Source: Mobula hypostoma (lineage: Eukaryota). From it: a stretch of DNA of 64,000 nt. The DNA is taken from the NCBI RefSeq assembly GCF_963921235.1, contig NC_086109.1:8620001-8684000 (forward strand), written 5' to 3'. Of the stretch, positions 39,501-52,120 are shown in pieces (within the stretch, counting starts at the first letter, position 1; every line of letters begins with the position of its first letter). Both the position numbers and the translations under genes were made by a program. The notes under the pieces were generated by a model. The model made no database searches. It saw only the letters and a program-made list of their open reading frames with translations, and was not told where the DNA came from.

Positions 39501-42500
39501 TAATATCGCTGTAGGTATTGTGACTGTTTTAATGTTGCTGTAGGTATTGTGATTGTTTTTGGTGTTGCTGTAGTTATTGAAATTGATTTTACTGTTGCTG
39601 TAGATATTGTGATTGTTTTAGTGCTGGGTATGTATTAGATTTGTTTTTAGTGTTGCTGTAGGTATTGTGATTGTTGCAGTATTGCTGTTGGTATTGTGAT
39701 TGTTTCAGTGTTGCTATAGGTACTGAGATTGTTTCTGGTGTTGTTGTAGGTATTGTGATTGTTTTTAGTGTTGCTGTAGTTATTAGAGATTGTTTTTAGT
39801 GTTGTTGTAGGTATTGTGATTGTTTTAGTGTTGCTGCAGGTATTGAGATTGGTTTTAATATCGCTGTAGGTATTGTGACTGTTTTAATGTTGCTGTAGGT
39901 ATTGTGATTGTTTTTGGTGTTGCTGTAGTTATTGAAATTGATTTTACTGTTGCTGTAGATATTGTGATTGTTTTAGTGCTGGGTATGTATTAGATTTGTT
40001 TTTAGTGTTGTTGTAGGTATTGTGATTGCTTTAGTGTTGCAGTCGGTATTTAGATTGTTTTCAGTGTTGCTGTAGGTATTCTGATTGTTTTTAGTGTTGC
40101 TGTAGGTATTGTGATTGTTTTTCGTGTTGCTGTAGGTATTGAGATTCTTTTTAGTATTGCTGCAGGTATTGTGATTGTTTTGATGTTGCTGTAGGTATTG
40201 TGATTGTTTTAGTGTTGCTGTAGTTATTGTGATTGCTTTAGTATTGCTTTAGTTATTGAGATTGTTTTAGTGTTGCTGTAGGTATTGAGTTTGTTTCAGT
40301 GTTGTAGGTATTATGATTATTTTTAGTGTTGCTGTATTTTGTGATTGTTTCAGCATTGCTATATGTATTGTGATTGTTTTATTGCTGTAGGTATTGAGAT
40401 TGTTTTATTGTTGCTGTAGGTATTGTGATTGTTTTAGTGTTGCTGTAAGTATTGAGATTGTTTTAGTGTTGCTGTAGGTATTGTGATTGTTTTATTGCTG
40501 TAGGTATTGAGATTCTTTTACTGTTGTTGTAGGTATTGAGATTGTTTTTAGTGTTGCTGCAGGTATTGTGATTGTTTTAGTGTTGCTCTACTTGTTGTGA
40601 TTGTTTCATTGCTGTATGTATTGAGATTATTTTAGTTTTGCTGTAGGTATTGTGATTGTTTTTCGTGTTGCTGTAGGTATTGAGATTGTTTTTAGTGTTG
40701 ATGTAGGTATTGTGATTATTTTAGTGTTGCTGTAGCTATTGAGATTGTTTTTAGTGTTGCTGTAGGTATTGTGATTATTTTAGTGTTGCTGTATGTATTG
40801 TGATTGTTTTTAGTGTTGCTGTAGGTATTGTGATTGTTTTAATCTTGCTCTACGTATTGTGATTGTTTTATTGCTGTATGTATTGTGATTGTTTTAGTGT
40901 TGCTGTAGGTATTGTGATTGTTGCAGTATTGCTGTTGGTATTGTGATTGTTTCAGTGTTGCTATAGGTACTGAGATTATTTCTGGTGTTGTTGTAGGTAT
41001 TGTGATTGTTTTTAGTGTTGCTGTAGTTATTAGAGATTGTTTTTAGTGTTGTTGTAGGTATTGTGATTGTTTTAGTGTTGCTGCAGGTATTGAGATTGGT
41101 TTTAATATCGCTGTAGGTATTGTGACTGTTTTAATGTTGCTGTAGGTATTGTGATTGTTTTTGGTGTTGCTGTAGTTATTGAAATTGATTTTACTGTTGC
41201 TGTAGATATTGTGATTGTTTTAGTGCTGGGTATGTATTAGATTTGTTTTTAGTGTTGTTGTAGGTATTGTGATTGCTTTAGTGTTGCAGTCGGTATTTAG
41301 ATTGTTTTCAGTGTTGCTGTAGGTATTCTGATTGTTTTTAGTGTTGCTGTAGGTATTGTGATTGTTTTTCGTGTTGCTGTAGGTATTGAGATTCTTTTTA
41401 GTATTGCTGCAGGTATTGTGATTGTTTTGATGTTGTTGTAGGTATTGTGATTGTTTTAGTGTTGCTGTAGTTATTGTGATTGCTTTAGTATTACTTTAGT
41501 TATTGAGATTGTTTTAGTGTTGCTGTAGGTATTGAGTTTGTTTCAGTGTTGTAGGTATTATGATTATTTTTAGTGTTGCTGTATTTTGTGATTGTTTCAG
41601 CATTGCTCTACGTATTGTGATTGTTTTATTGCTGTAGGTATTGAGATTGTTTTATTGTTGCTGTAGGTATTGTGATTGTTTTAGTGTTGCTGTAAGTATT
41701 GAGATTGTTTTAGTGTTGCTGTAGGTATTGTGATTGTTTCATTGCTGTAGGTATTGAGATTCTTTTACTGTTGTTGTAGTCATTGAGATTGATTTTACTG
41801 TTGCTGTAGGTATTGAGTTTGTTTCAGTGTTGTTGTCGGTATTGTGATTATTTTAGTGTTGCTGTATGTATTGTGATTGTTTTTAGTGTTGCTGTATTTT
41901 GTGATTGTTTCAGCATTGCTCTATGTGTTGTGATTGTTTTATTGCTGTAGGTATTGAGATTGTTTTATTGTTGCTGTAGGTATTGTGATTGTTTTAGTGT
42001 TGCTGTAAGTATTGAGATTGTTTTAGTGTTGCTGTAGGTATTGTGATTGCTTTATTGCTGTAGGTATTGAGATTCTTTTACTGTTGTTGTAGGTATTGTG
42101 ATTGTTTTAGTGTTGCTGTAGGTATTGTGATTGTTTCGGTGTAGCTCTACTTGTTGTGATTGTTTCATTGCTGTATGTATTGAGATTATTTTAGTTTTGC
42201 TGTAGGTATTGTGATTGTTTTTAGTGTTGCTGGGGGTATTGAGATTGTTTTTAGTGTTGATGTAGGTATTGTGATTATTTTAGTGTTGCTGTAGCTATTG
42301 AGATTGTTTTTAGTGTTGCTGTAGGTATTGTGATTATTTTAGTGTTGCTGTATGTATTGTGATTGTTTTTAGTGTTGCTGTATTTTGTGATTGTTTCAGT
42401 GTTGCTTTACGTGTTGTGATTATTTTATTGCTGTAGGTATTGGGATTATTTTATTGTTGCTGTAGGTATTGAGATTATTTTCGTGTTGCCATAAGTATTG

Positions 42501-45500
42501 ATATTGTTTTAGTGTTGCTGTAGATATTGTGAGTGTTTTAGTCTTGCTCTACGTATTGTGATTGTTTTAGTGTTGCTGTAGGTATTGTGATTGTTGCAGT
42601 ATTGCTGTTGGTATTGTGATTGTTTCAGTGTTGCTATAGGTACTGAGATTGTTTCTGGTGTTGTTGTAGGTATTGTGATTGTTTTTAGTGTTGCTGTAGT
42701 TATTAGAGATTGTTTTTAGTGTTGTTGTAGGTATTGTGATTGTTTTAGTGTTGCTGCAGGTATTGTGATTGTTTTTGGTGTTCCTGTAGTTATTGAAATT
42801 GATTTTACTGTTGCTGTAGATATTGTGATTGTTTTAGTGCCTGGTAGGTATTAGATTTGTTTTTAGTGTTGTTGTAGGTATTGTGATTGCTTTAGTGTTG
42901 CAGTCGGTATTTGGATTGTTTTTAGTGTTGCTGTAGGTATTCTGATTGTTTTTAGTGTTGCTGGGGGTATTGAGATTGTTTTTAGTGTTGCTGTAGGTTT
43001 TGAGATTGTTTTAGTGTTGCTGTAGGTATTGTGATTGTTTTTAGTGTTGCTGGGGGTATTCAGATTGTTTTTAGTGTTGCTGTAGGTTTTGAGATTGTTT
43101 TACTGTTGCTGTAGGTATTGTGATTATTTTAGTGTTGCTGCATGTATTGTGATTGTTTTTAGTGTTGCTGTATTTTGTGATTGTTTCAGTGTTTCTCTAC
43201 GTGTTGTGATTGTTTTATTGCTGTAGGTATTGAGTTATTTTATTGTTGCTGTAGGTATTGTGATTATTTTAGTGTTGCTGTAAGTATTGATATTGTTTTA
43301 GTGTTGCTATAGATATTGTGATTGTTTTAGTCTTGCTCTACGTATTGTGATTGTTTTATTGCTGTATGTATTGTGATTGTTTTAGTGTTGCTGTAGGTAT
43401 TGTGATTGTTGTAGTATTGCTGTTGGTATTGTGATTGTTTTAGTGTTGCTATAGGTACTGAGATTGTTTCTGGTGTTTTTGTAGGTATTGTGATTGTTTT
43501 TAGTGTTGCTGTAGTTATTAGAGATTGTTTTTAGTGTTGTTGTAGGTATTGTGATTATTTTAGTGTTGCTGTCGGTGTTCTGATTGTTTTAGTGTTGTTG
43601 TAGGTTTTGTGATTGTTTTAGTGTTGCTGCATGTATTGAGATTGGTTTTAATATCGCTGTAGGTATTGTGATTGTTTTAATGTTGCTGTAGGTATTGTGA
43701 TTATTTTTAGTGTTGCTGTAGGTATTCAGATTGCTTTAGTGTTGCTGTAGGTATTGAGATTGTTTTTAGTGTTGCTGTAGGTATTGTGATTGTTTCAGTG
43801 TTGCTCTATGTGTTGTGATTGTTTTATTGCTGTAGGTATTGAGATTATTTTTGTATTGCTGTAGGTATTGTAATTGTTTTTCGTGTTGCTGTAGGTTTTG
43901 TGATTGTTTTAGTGTTGCTGTAGGTATTGTGACTGTTTTAGTGTTGCTGTAGGTACTGAGATTGTTTTTAGTATTGTTATAGGTATTGTGATTGTTTCAG
44001 TGTTGCTGCAGGTATTGAGATTGCTTTTAATTTAGCTGTAAGTATTCTGATTTTTTAGTGTTGCTGTAGGTATTGAGATTGTTTCTGGTGTTGTTGTAGG
44101 TATTGTGATTGTTTTTAGTGTTGCTGTAGTTATTGAGATTGTTTTTAGTGTTGCTGTAGGTATTGTAATTATTTTAGTGTTGCTGTAGGTGTTCTGATTG
44201 CTTTAGTGTTGTTGTAGGTATTGTGATTGTTTTAGTGTTGCTGTAGTTATCGTGATTGCTTTAGTATTGCTTTAGTTATTGAGATTGTTTTAGTGTTGCT
44301 GTAGGTATTGAGTTTGTTTCAGTGTTGTTGTCGGTATTGTGATTATTTTTAGTGCTGCTGTATGTATTGTGATTGTTTTTAGTGTTGCTGTATTTTGTGA
44401 TTGTTTCAGCATTGCTCTACGTGTTGTGATTGTTTTATTGCTGTAGGTATTGAGATTGTTTTATTGTTGCTGTAGGTATTGTGATTGTTTTAGTGTTGCT
44501 GTAAGTATTGAGATTGTTTTGGTGTTGCTGTAGGTATTGTGATTGTTTTATTGCTGTAGGTATTGAGATTGTTTTTAGTGTTGCTGTAGGTATTGTGATT
44601 GTTTTATTGCTGTAGGTATTGAGATTGTTTTTAGTGTTGCTGCAGTTATTGTGATTGTTTTAGTGTTGCCGTAGGTATTGTGATTGTTTCGGTGTTGCTC
44701 TACTTGTTGTGATTGTTTCATTGCTGTATGTATTGAGATTATTTTAGTTTTGCTGTAGGTATTGTGATTGTTTTTAGTGTTGCTGGGGGTATTGAGATTG
44801 TTTTTAGTTTTGATGTAGGTATTGTGATTATTTTAGTGTTGCTGTAGCTATTCAGATTGTTTTTAGTGTTGCCGTAGGTATTGTGATTATTTTAGTGTTG
44901 CTGTATGTATTGTGATTGTTTTTAGTGTTGCTGTATTTTGTGATTGTTTCAGTGTTGCTTTACGTGTTGTGATCGTTTTATTGCTGTAGGTATTGAGATT
45001 ATTTTATTGTTGCTGTAGGTATTGAGATTATTTTCGTGTTGCTGTAAGTATTGATATTGTTTTAGTGTTGCTGTAGATATTGTGATTGTTGTAGTCTTGC
45101 TCTACGTATTGTGATTGTTTTATTGCTGTATGTATTGTGATTGTTTTAGTGTTGCTGTAGGTATTGTGATTGTTGCAGTATTGCTGTTGGTATTGTGATT
45201 GTTTCAGTGTTGCTATAGGTACTGAGATTATTTCTGGTGTTGTTGTAGGTACTGTGATTGTTTTTAGTTTTGCTGTAGTTATTAGAGATTGTTTTTAGTG
45301 TTGTTGTAGGTATTGTGATTATTTGGTGTTGCTGTCGGTGCTCTGATTGTTTTAGTGTTGTTGTAGGTATTGTGATTGTTTTAGTGTTGCTGCAGGTGTT
45401 GAGATTGGTTTTAATATCGCTGTAGGTATTGTGATTGTTTTAATATTGCTGTAGGTATTGTGATTGTTTTAGTGTTGTTGTAGCTATTGAGGTTGTTTTT

Positions 45501-48500
45501 AGTGTTGCTGTAGGTATTGTGATTATTTTAGTGTTGCTGTATGTATTGTGATTGTTTTTGGTGTTGCTGTAGGTATTGTGATTGTTTTATTGCTGTAGGT
45601 ATTGAGATTGTTTTTAGTGTTGCTGCAGTTATTGTGATTGTTTTAGTGTTGCCGTAGGTATTGTGATTGTTTCGGTGTTGCTCTACTTGTTGTGATTGTT
45701 TCATTGCTGTATGTATTGAGATTATTTTAGTTTTGCTGTAGGTATTGTGATTGTTTTTAGTGTTGCTGGGGGTATTGAGATTGTTTTTAGTGTTGATGTA
45801 GGTATTGTGATTATTTTAGTGTTGCTGTAGCTATTGAGATTGTTTTTAGTGTTGCCGTAGGTATTGTGATTATTTTAGTGTTGCTGTATGTATTGTGATT
45901 GTTTTTAGTGTTGCTGTATTTTGTGATTGTTTCAGTGTTGCTTTACGTGTTGTGATCGTTTTATTGCTGTAGGTATTGAGATTATTTTATTGTTGCTGTA
46001 GGTATTGAGATTATTTTCGTGTTGCTGTAAGTATTGATATTGTTTTAGTGTTGCTGTAGATATTGTGATTGTTGTAGTCTTGCTCTACGTATTGTGATTG
46101 TTTTATTGCTGTATGTATTGTGATTGTTTTAGTGTTGCTGTAGGTATTGTGATTGTTGCAGTATTGCTGTTGGTATTGTGATTGTTTCAGTGTTGCTATA
46201 GGTACTGAGATTATTTCTGGTGTTGTTGTAGGTACTGTGATTGTTTTTAGTTTTGCTGTAGTTATTAGAGATTGTTTTTAGTGTTGTTGTAGGTATTGTG
46301 ATTATTTGGTGTTGCTGTCGGTGCTCTGATTGTTTTAGTGTTGTAGGTATTGTGATTGTTTTAGTGTTGCTGCAGGTGTTGAGATTGGTTTTAATATCGC
46401 TGTAGGTATTGTGATTGTTTTAATATTGCTGTAGGTATTGTGATTGTTTTAGTGTTGTTGTAGCTATTGAGGTTGTTTTTAGTGTTGCTGTAGGTATTGT
46501 GATTATTTTAGTGTTGCTGTATGTATTGTGATTGTTTTTGGTGTTGCTGTAGTTATTGAAATTGGTTTTACTGTTGCTGTAGATATTGTGATTGTTTTAG
46601 TGCTGGGTAGGTATTAGATTTGTTTTTAGTGTTGTTGCAGGTATTGTGATTGCTTTAGTGTTGCAGTCGGTATTTAGATTGTTTTTAGTGTTGCTGTAGG
46701 TATTTTGATTGTTTTCAGTGTTGCTGGGGGTATTGAGATTGTTTTAGTGTTGCTGTAGGTTTTGAGATCGTTTTAGTGTTGCTGTAGGTATTGTGATTGT
46801 TTTTAGTGTTGCTGGGGGTATTGAGATTGTTTTTAGTGTTATTGTAGGTTTTGAGATTGTTTTAGTGTTGCTGTAGGTATTGTGATTATTTTAGTGTTGC
46901 TGTATGTATTGTGATTGTTTTTAGTGTTGCTGTATTTTGTGATTGTTTCAGTGTTGCTGTACATGTTGTGATCGTTTTATTGCTGTAGGTATTGAGATTA
47001 TTTTATTGTTGCTGTAGGTATTGTGATTACTTTAGTGTTGCTGTAAGTATTGATATTGTTTTAGTGTTGCTATAGATATTGTGATTGTTTTAGTCTTGCT
47101 CTACGTATTGTGATTGTTTTATTGCTGTATGTATTGAGATTGTTTTTAGTGTTGCTGTAGGTTTTGAGATTGTTTTAGTGTTGCTGTAGGTATTGTGACT
47201 GTTTTAGTGTTGCTGTAGGACCTGAGATTGCTTTTAATTTAGCTGTAGGTATTCTGATTTTTTAGTGTTGCTGTAGGTATTGAGATTGTTTCTGGTGTTG
47301 TTGTAGGTATTGTGATTATTTTTAGTGTTGCTGTAGTTATTGAGATTGTTTTTACTGTTGCTGTAGGTATTGTAATTATTTTAGTGTTGCTGTAGGTGTT
47401 CTGATTGCTTTAGTGTTGTTGTAGGTATTGTGATTGTTTTAGTGTTGCTATAGGTATTGTGATTGTTTTTAGTGTTGCTGTAGGTATTGAGATTGTTTTT
47501 AGTATTGCTGCAGGTATTGTGATTGTTTTGATGTTGCTGTAGGTATTGTGATTGTTTTAGTTTTGCTGTAGTTATTGTGATTGCTTTAGTGTTGCTGTAG
47601 GTATTGAGTTTGTTTCAGTGTTGTTGTAGATATTGTGATTATTTTTAGTGTTGCTGTATGTATTGTGATTGTTTTTAGTGTTGCTGTATTTTGTGATTGT
47701 TTCAGCATTGCTCTACGTGTTGTATATTGTTTTATTGCTGTAGGTATTGTGATTATTTTAGTGTTGCTGTAAGTATTGATATTGTTTTAGTGTTGCTGTA
47801 GATATTGTGATTGTTTTAGTCTTGTTCTACGTATTGTGATTGTATTATTGCTGTATGTATTGTGATTGTTTTAGTGTTGCTCTAGGTATTGTGATTGTTG
47901 TAGTATTGCTATTGGTGTTGTGATTGTTTTAGTGTTGCTATAGGTACTGAGATAGTTTCTGGTATTGTTGTAGGTATTGTGATTGTTTGTAGTGTTGCTG
48001 TAGTTATTAGAGATTGTTTTTAGTGTTGTTGTAGGTATTGTGATTGTTTTAGTGTTGCTACATGTATTGAGATTGGTTTTAATATCGCTGTAGGTATTGT
48101 GATTGCTTTAATGTTGCTGTGGGTATTGTGATTGTTTTAGTATTGCTGTAGGTATTGTGATTATTTTAGTGTTGCTGTAGGTGTTCTAATTGTTTTAGTG
48201 TTGTTGTAGGTATTGTGATTGTTTTTAGTATTGCTGTATTTTGTGATTTTTTCAGCGTTGACTACGTGTTGTGATTGTTTTATTGCTGTAGGTATTGAGA
48301 TTATTCTAGTGTTGCTGTAGGTATTGAGATTGATTTTACTATTGCTGTAGGTGTTGTGATTGTTTTAGTGTTGCTGTAGGTATTGTGATTGTTTCAGTGT
48401 TGCTCTACTTATTGTGATTGTTTTATTGCTGTAGGTATTGAGATTATTTTAGTGTTGCTGTAGGTATTGAGATTGTTTCTGGTGTTGTAGGTATTGTGAT

Positions 48501-50104
48501 TTTTTTTAGTGTTGCTGTAGTTATTGAGATTGTTTTTAGTGTTGCTGTAGGTATTGTAATTATTTTAGTGTTGCTGTAGGTATTCTGATTGCTTTAGTGT
48601 TGCTGTAGGTATTGAAATTGTTTTAGTGTTGCTATAGGTATTGTGATTATTTTTAGTATTGCTGTAGGTATTGTGATTGTTTTGATGTTGCTGTAGGTAT
48701 TGTGATTGTTTTAGTGTCGCTATAGGTATTGTGATTGTTTTTAATATTGCTGTAGGTATTGTGATTGTTTTAGTGTTGCTGTAATTATTGTGATTGCTTT
48801 AGTATTGCTTTAGGTATTGAGATTGTTTTATTGTTGCTGTAGGTTTTGAGTTTGTTTCAGTGTTGTTGTAGGTATTGTGATTATTTTTAGTGTTGCTCTA
48901 TGTATTGTGATTGTTTTTAGTGTTGCTGTATTTTGTGATTGTTGCAGCGTTGCTCTACGTGTTGTGATTGTTTTAGTGTTGTTGTAGGTATTGTGATTGT
49001 ATTGGTATTGCTTAGGTATTGAGTTTGTTTTAGTGTTGCTGTTGGTATTGTGATTATTTTTAGTGTTGCTGTAGGTATTGTGATTGTTTTAGTGTTGCTA
49101 TAGGTATCGAGATTGTTATTACTTTTTCTGTAAGTATTGTGATTGTTTTTGCTCTTGCTGTATGTATTGAGATTGTTTTTAGTATTGCTGTAGATATTGT
49201 GATTGTTTTCATGTTGGAGTCAGTATTGAGATTGTTTTTAGTGTTGTTGTAGGTATTGTAATTGTTTTTGCTGTTGCTGTAGGCATTGAGATTGTTTTTA
49301 GTGTTGCTGTAGGTATTGTGATTGCTTTATTGTTGCTGTGGGTATTGTGATTGTTTTAGTTTTGCTGTAGGTATTGAGAATGTTTTAGTGTTGCTGTAGG
49401 TATTGTGATTGTTTTAGTGTTGCTGTGGTTATTGAGATTGTTTTTATTTTTGCTCTTGATATTGTGATTGTTTTAGTGTTGCTGTAGGTATTGAGATTGT
49501 TTTCAGTGTTGCTGTAGGTATTCTGATTGTTTTAGTGTTGTGGGTATTGAGATTGTTTTTAGTGTTGCTGTGGGTATTGTGATTGTTTTTAGTATTGCTG
49601 TATGTATTGTGATTGGTTTTAGTGTTGCTGTAGGTATTGTGATTGTTTTAGTGTTGCTGTAGTTATTGAGATTGTTTTTATTTTTGCTCTTGATATTGTG
49701 ATTGTTTTAGTGTTGTTGTAGGTATTGTGATTGTTTTAGTGTTGCTGCAGGTATTGAGATTGTTTTTAGTGTTGCTGTGGGTATTGTGATTGTTTTTAGT
49801 ATTGCTGTATGTATTGTGATTGGTTTTAGTGTTGCTGTAGGTATTGTGATTGTTTTAGTGTTGCTGTAGTTATTGTGATTGCTTTAGTATTGCTGTAGGT
49901 ATTGAGATTGATTTAGTGTTGCTGTAGGTATTGTGTTTTAGTGTTTCTGTAGGTATTGTGATTGTGTTAGTGTTGCACTACATATTGTGATTGTTTTATT
50001 GCTGTATGTATTGTGATTGTTTTAGTGTTGCTGTATGTATTGTGATTGTTTTAGTATTGCTGTAGGTATTGAGATTGTTTTAGTGTTGCTGTAGGCATGG
50101 AGGG

Positions 50105-50372
50105 TATTTATTTATTGAGCTACGGTCGGGCCTTCCGGACCTTCAAGCCATGCTGCCCTTTAATACTGCAATTTTACCGGAGCCTCGTAATGTGACAAAT
50201 TACAGACTACTAACCGGTATGTCTTTGGAATGTGGGAGGAATGCGGAGAATCTGGAGGAAACCCGCGTAGTCACAGAGTTAACATTGAAACTCCTTACAG
50301 GTAGCCGCGGGTATTGAAGCCTTCTCACCTGTTTTGTAAAGCTCTGTGCTAACCACTACACTACCGTGCCTG
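50105..50372 (-). mobile_element. V-SINE (HE1-like) at the right edge of the array
   Basis: Minus head ggcacggtagtgtagtggttagcac (A-box), V-core, (aata)n tail. Confidence 0.85.
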
Positions 50373-50431
50373 CTCTGTTGCTGTTGTTTTAAGTATTGAG
50401 GTTATTGTTGTTGCTGTAGGTACTGAGGTTT

Positions 50432-51288
50432 CCAGTTCAGAGTTCATTTATGATCAAAGTATGTATACATTATACAACCATGTGATTCGTCTCCTGACAG
50501 GCAGCCACAAAACAAAGAAACCCAATAGAATCCATTTCAAATAACCAAATACCCAATGTGTGTCGGAAAAACACACAAATCATGCAAACAATAAAAGTAG
50601 GCATATTGGATTCAGAACGGATGTTCATGAAAGCGAGCCCAGACACGAAGCCAGTCATCACTACAGCCGCGTCAGGAGCCTGTTAGTTGCAGGCCACAGC
50701 CTCAGTTCAGCGCAGAGCCGAGTAAACCTTATGGAGCAGCGAGCTGAACTCTGGCCGTGACACCCTAACCTTTTCAATCTGGCCCGGCCCTTAAATCGTC
50801 CAGGCCTCACGTTGTTCGTCCGTCTCGGACCCAGGCCCTGCTGCCTCGATACGCTCTTGGACCCAAGCCCCGCCACCTCGATACGGCCCATCCCTGATCT
50901 TTCCAATTTGGCCCCAGTGCTTAAATAAATCAAACCTTCAGATTTTTCCTCACTCTCGGGCCGGGGAATCCGCCTGAAGCCTGCTTGGCTCTGCTCACCT
51001 CGCCTCATTTCTGCCACTCCAGCAATTGCCAAATGTTGGTTCATGCCTGGGCCAGGCCACCTTGGTTCATCCCGTACATGACCGTCCTTCTCCTCTGAGG
51101 CTTCAGGTCACAGCGCAAAAATGGCAGGTCGTACAGGCAGTACAACAGCCCAACTCCGACAGCGAAGGTACAGACTATTGATTGCAGTCAACATTTACCA
51201 GATAGGGTGTGATTAATAAGGAATTTATTTGTTTTCTTTGTTTTATTTGCCACCAGCAAGTAGACACTGAGCTCCACCAGCGCCATTT
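50432..51288 (-). mobile_element. Non-autonomous retroposon with Rex1-like tail and AAAATGGCGC 5' end
   Basis: Tail agttcagagttcatttatgatcaaagtatg resembles the reverse of the Rex1-like tail at 61645-61680; GC-rich body; 5' end at cagcgccatttt. Confidence 0.6.
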
Positions 51289-51569
51289 TGTTTTGTTGTC
51301 ATTGTTGTAGGTATTGAGGTTGCTGCTTTGTTGCTGTTTTTCTAGCTTCCCCTGAAGTTTTTGAGATTGTGGTTTTGTTGTTGTTACCATGTTGAATCTC
51401 TGAAGTATACATGAATATATCTTTCCCTCTCACCTTAAACCCCTACCCCCTAGTTTTCAATTCCCAGTGCAGTGGGGTTTGAACTGAGAATCTTCTGACT
51501 CAAATGAGAGATGGTTTTCGACCAGCTGGCAATGGCAGAGCATCTAACCAACTATAAAAAATATCCTTC

Positions 51570-51835
51570 AATGTTCTAAGTAAATTTATGATCAAAGCAC
51601 ATAGATGGCACCAAATCCTACCCTGAGATTCATTTTCTTGCAGTCATTTACAGTAGAACAAAGGAATGCAGTAGAGTCAATGAAAAACTACGCACAAAGA
51701 CTGACTAACGACTAATGTGCCAAAGAGGACAATCGGTGCAAACACAATCAATCAGTCAATAAAATAAATCAATATGTTATAGCGTTCCTGAAGGTGAGTC
51801 CGTAGGTTGTGGAGTCAGTTCAGAGTTGAGGTGAT
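51570..51835 (-). mobile_element. Rex1-like LINE 3' UTR fragment
   Basis: aagtaaatttatgatcaaagcacatagatggcaccaaatcctaccctgagattcattttcttgc is the reverse of the shared tail. Confidence 0.65.
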
Positions 51836-51842
51836 TGGACTA

Positions 51843-52120
51843 GGGTGGCACGGTAGTGTAGTGGTTAGCACAACACTTTACAGTACCGGTGATCTGGGTT
51901 CAATTCCCGCCGCTGCCTATAAGCAGTTTCTACGTTCTCCCCGTGACCGCGTGGGTTTCCTCCAGTGGCTCCATTTTCCTCCCACAGTCCAAAGACAAGC
52001 AAGATGGTGGGTTAGTTTGGCATTGTAAGTTGTCCCATGAATAGGATTAAGTAGGAGGGGTTTTGGGTGGCGTAGCGTGAAGAGCCAGAAGGGCCTGTTC
52101 CACCCTGTATCTCAATAAAA
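51843..52120 (+). mobile_element. V-SINE (HE1-like), full length
   Basis: A-box tagtgtagtgg, B-box ggttcaattcc, V-core ttctccccgtgaccgcgtgggtttcctcc...cccacagtccaaagac, CR1-like 3' end. Confidence 0.88.

Larger units (their letters stand above)
12354..50096. repeat. ~38 kb T/G-rich tandem array of ~26-30 bp monomers (approx. GGTATTG[A/T]GATTGTTTT[T]AGTGTTGCTGTA)
   Basis: Continuous head-to-tail monomers in one orientation, with no TE insertion seen inside. Confidence 0.98.

Noticed and set aside
12601..50096. CRISPR-like array (30-bp periodicity)
   Set aside because: No unique spacers, no cas genes, eukaryotic context; the units are directly tandem.
12354..50096. Bisulfite-converted DNA or telomeric repeat, suggested by C depletion
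   Set aside because: Non-CpG Cs persist at fixed monomer positions, flanks have normal composition, and there are no TTAGGG tracts.
15561..50096. Frameshifts being mere homopolymer sequencing errors in one giant mucin exon
   Set aside because: The 29- and 26-bp variants are reproduced at the same positions in duplicated HOR copies, which random error would not do. Raw-read confirmation is still advisable.
51843..51915. tRNA gene
   Set aside because: A/B boxes run directly into a V-SINE core and tail, so this is a SINE head. The same applies at ~50300-50372 and ~52890-52957.
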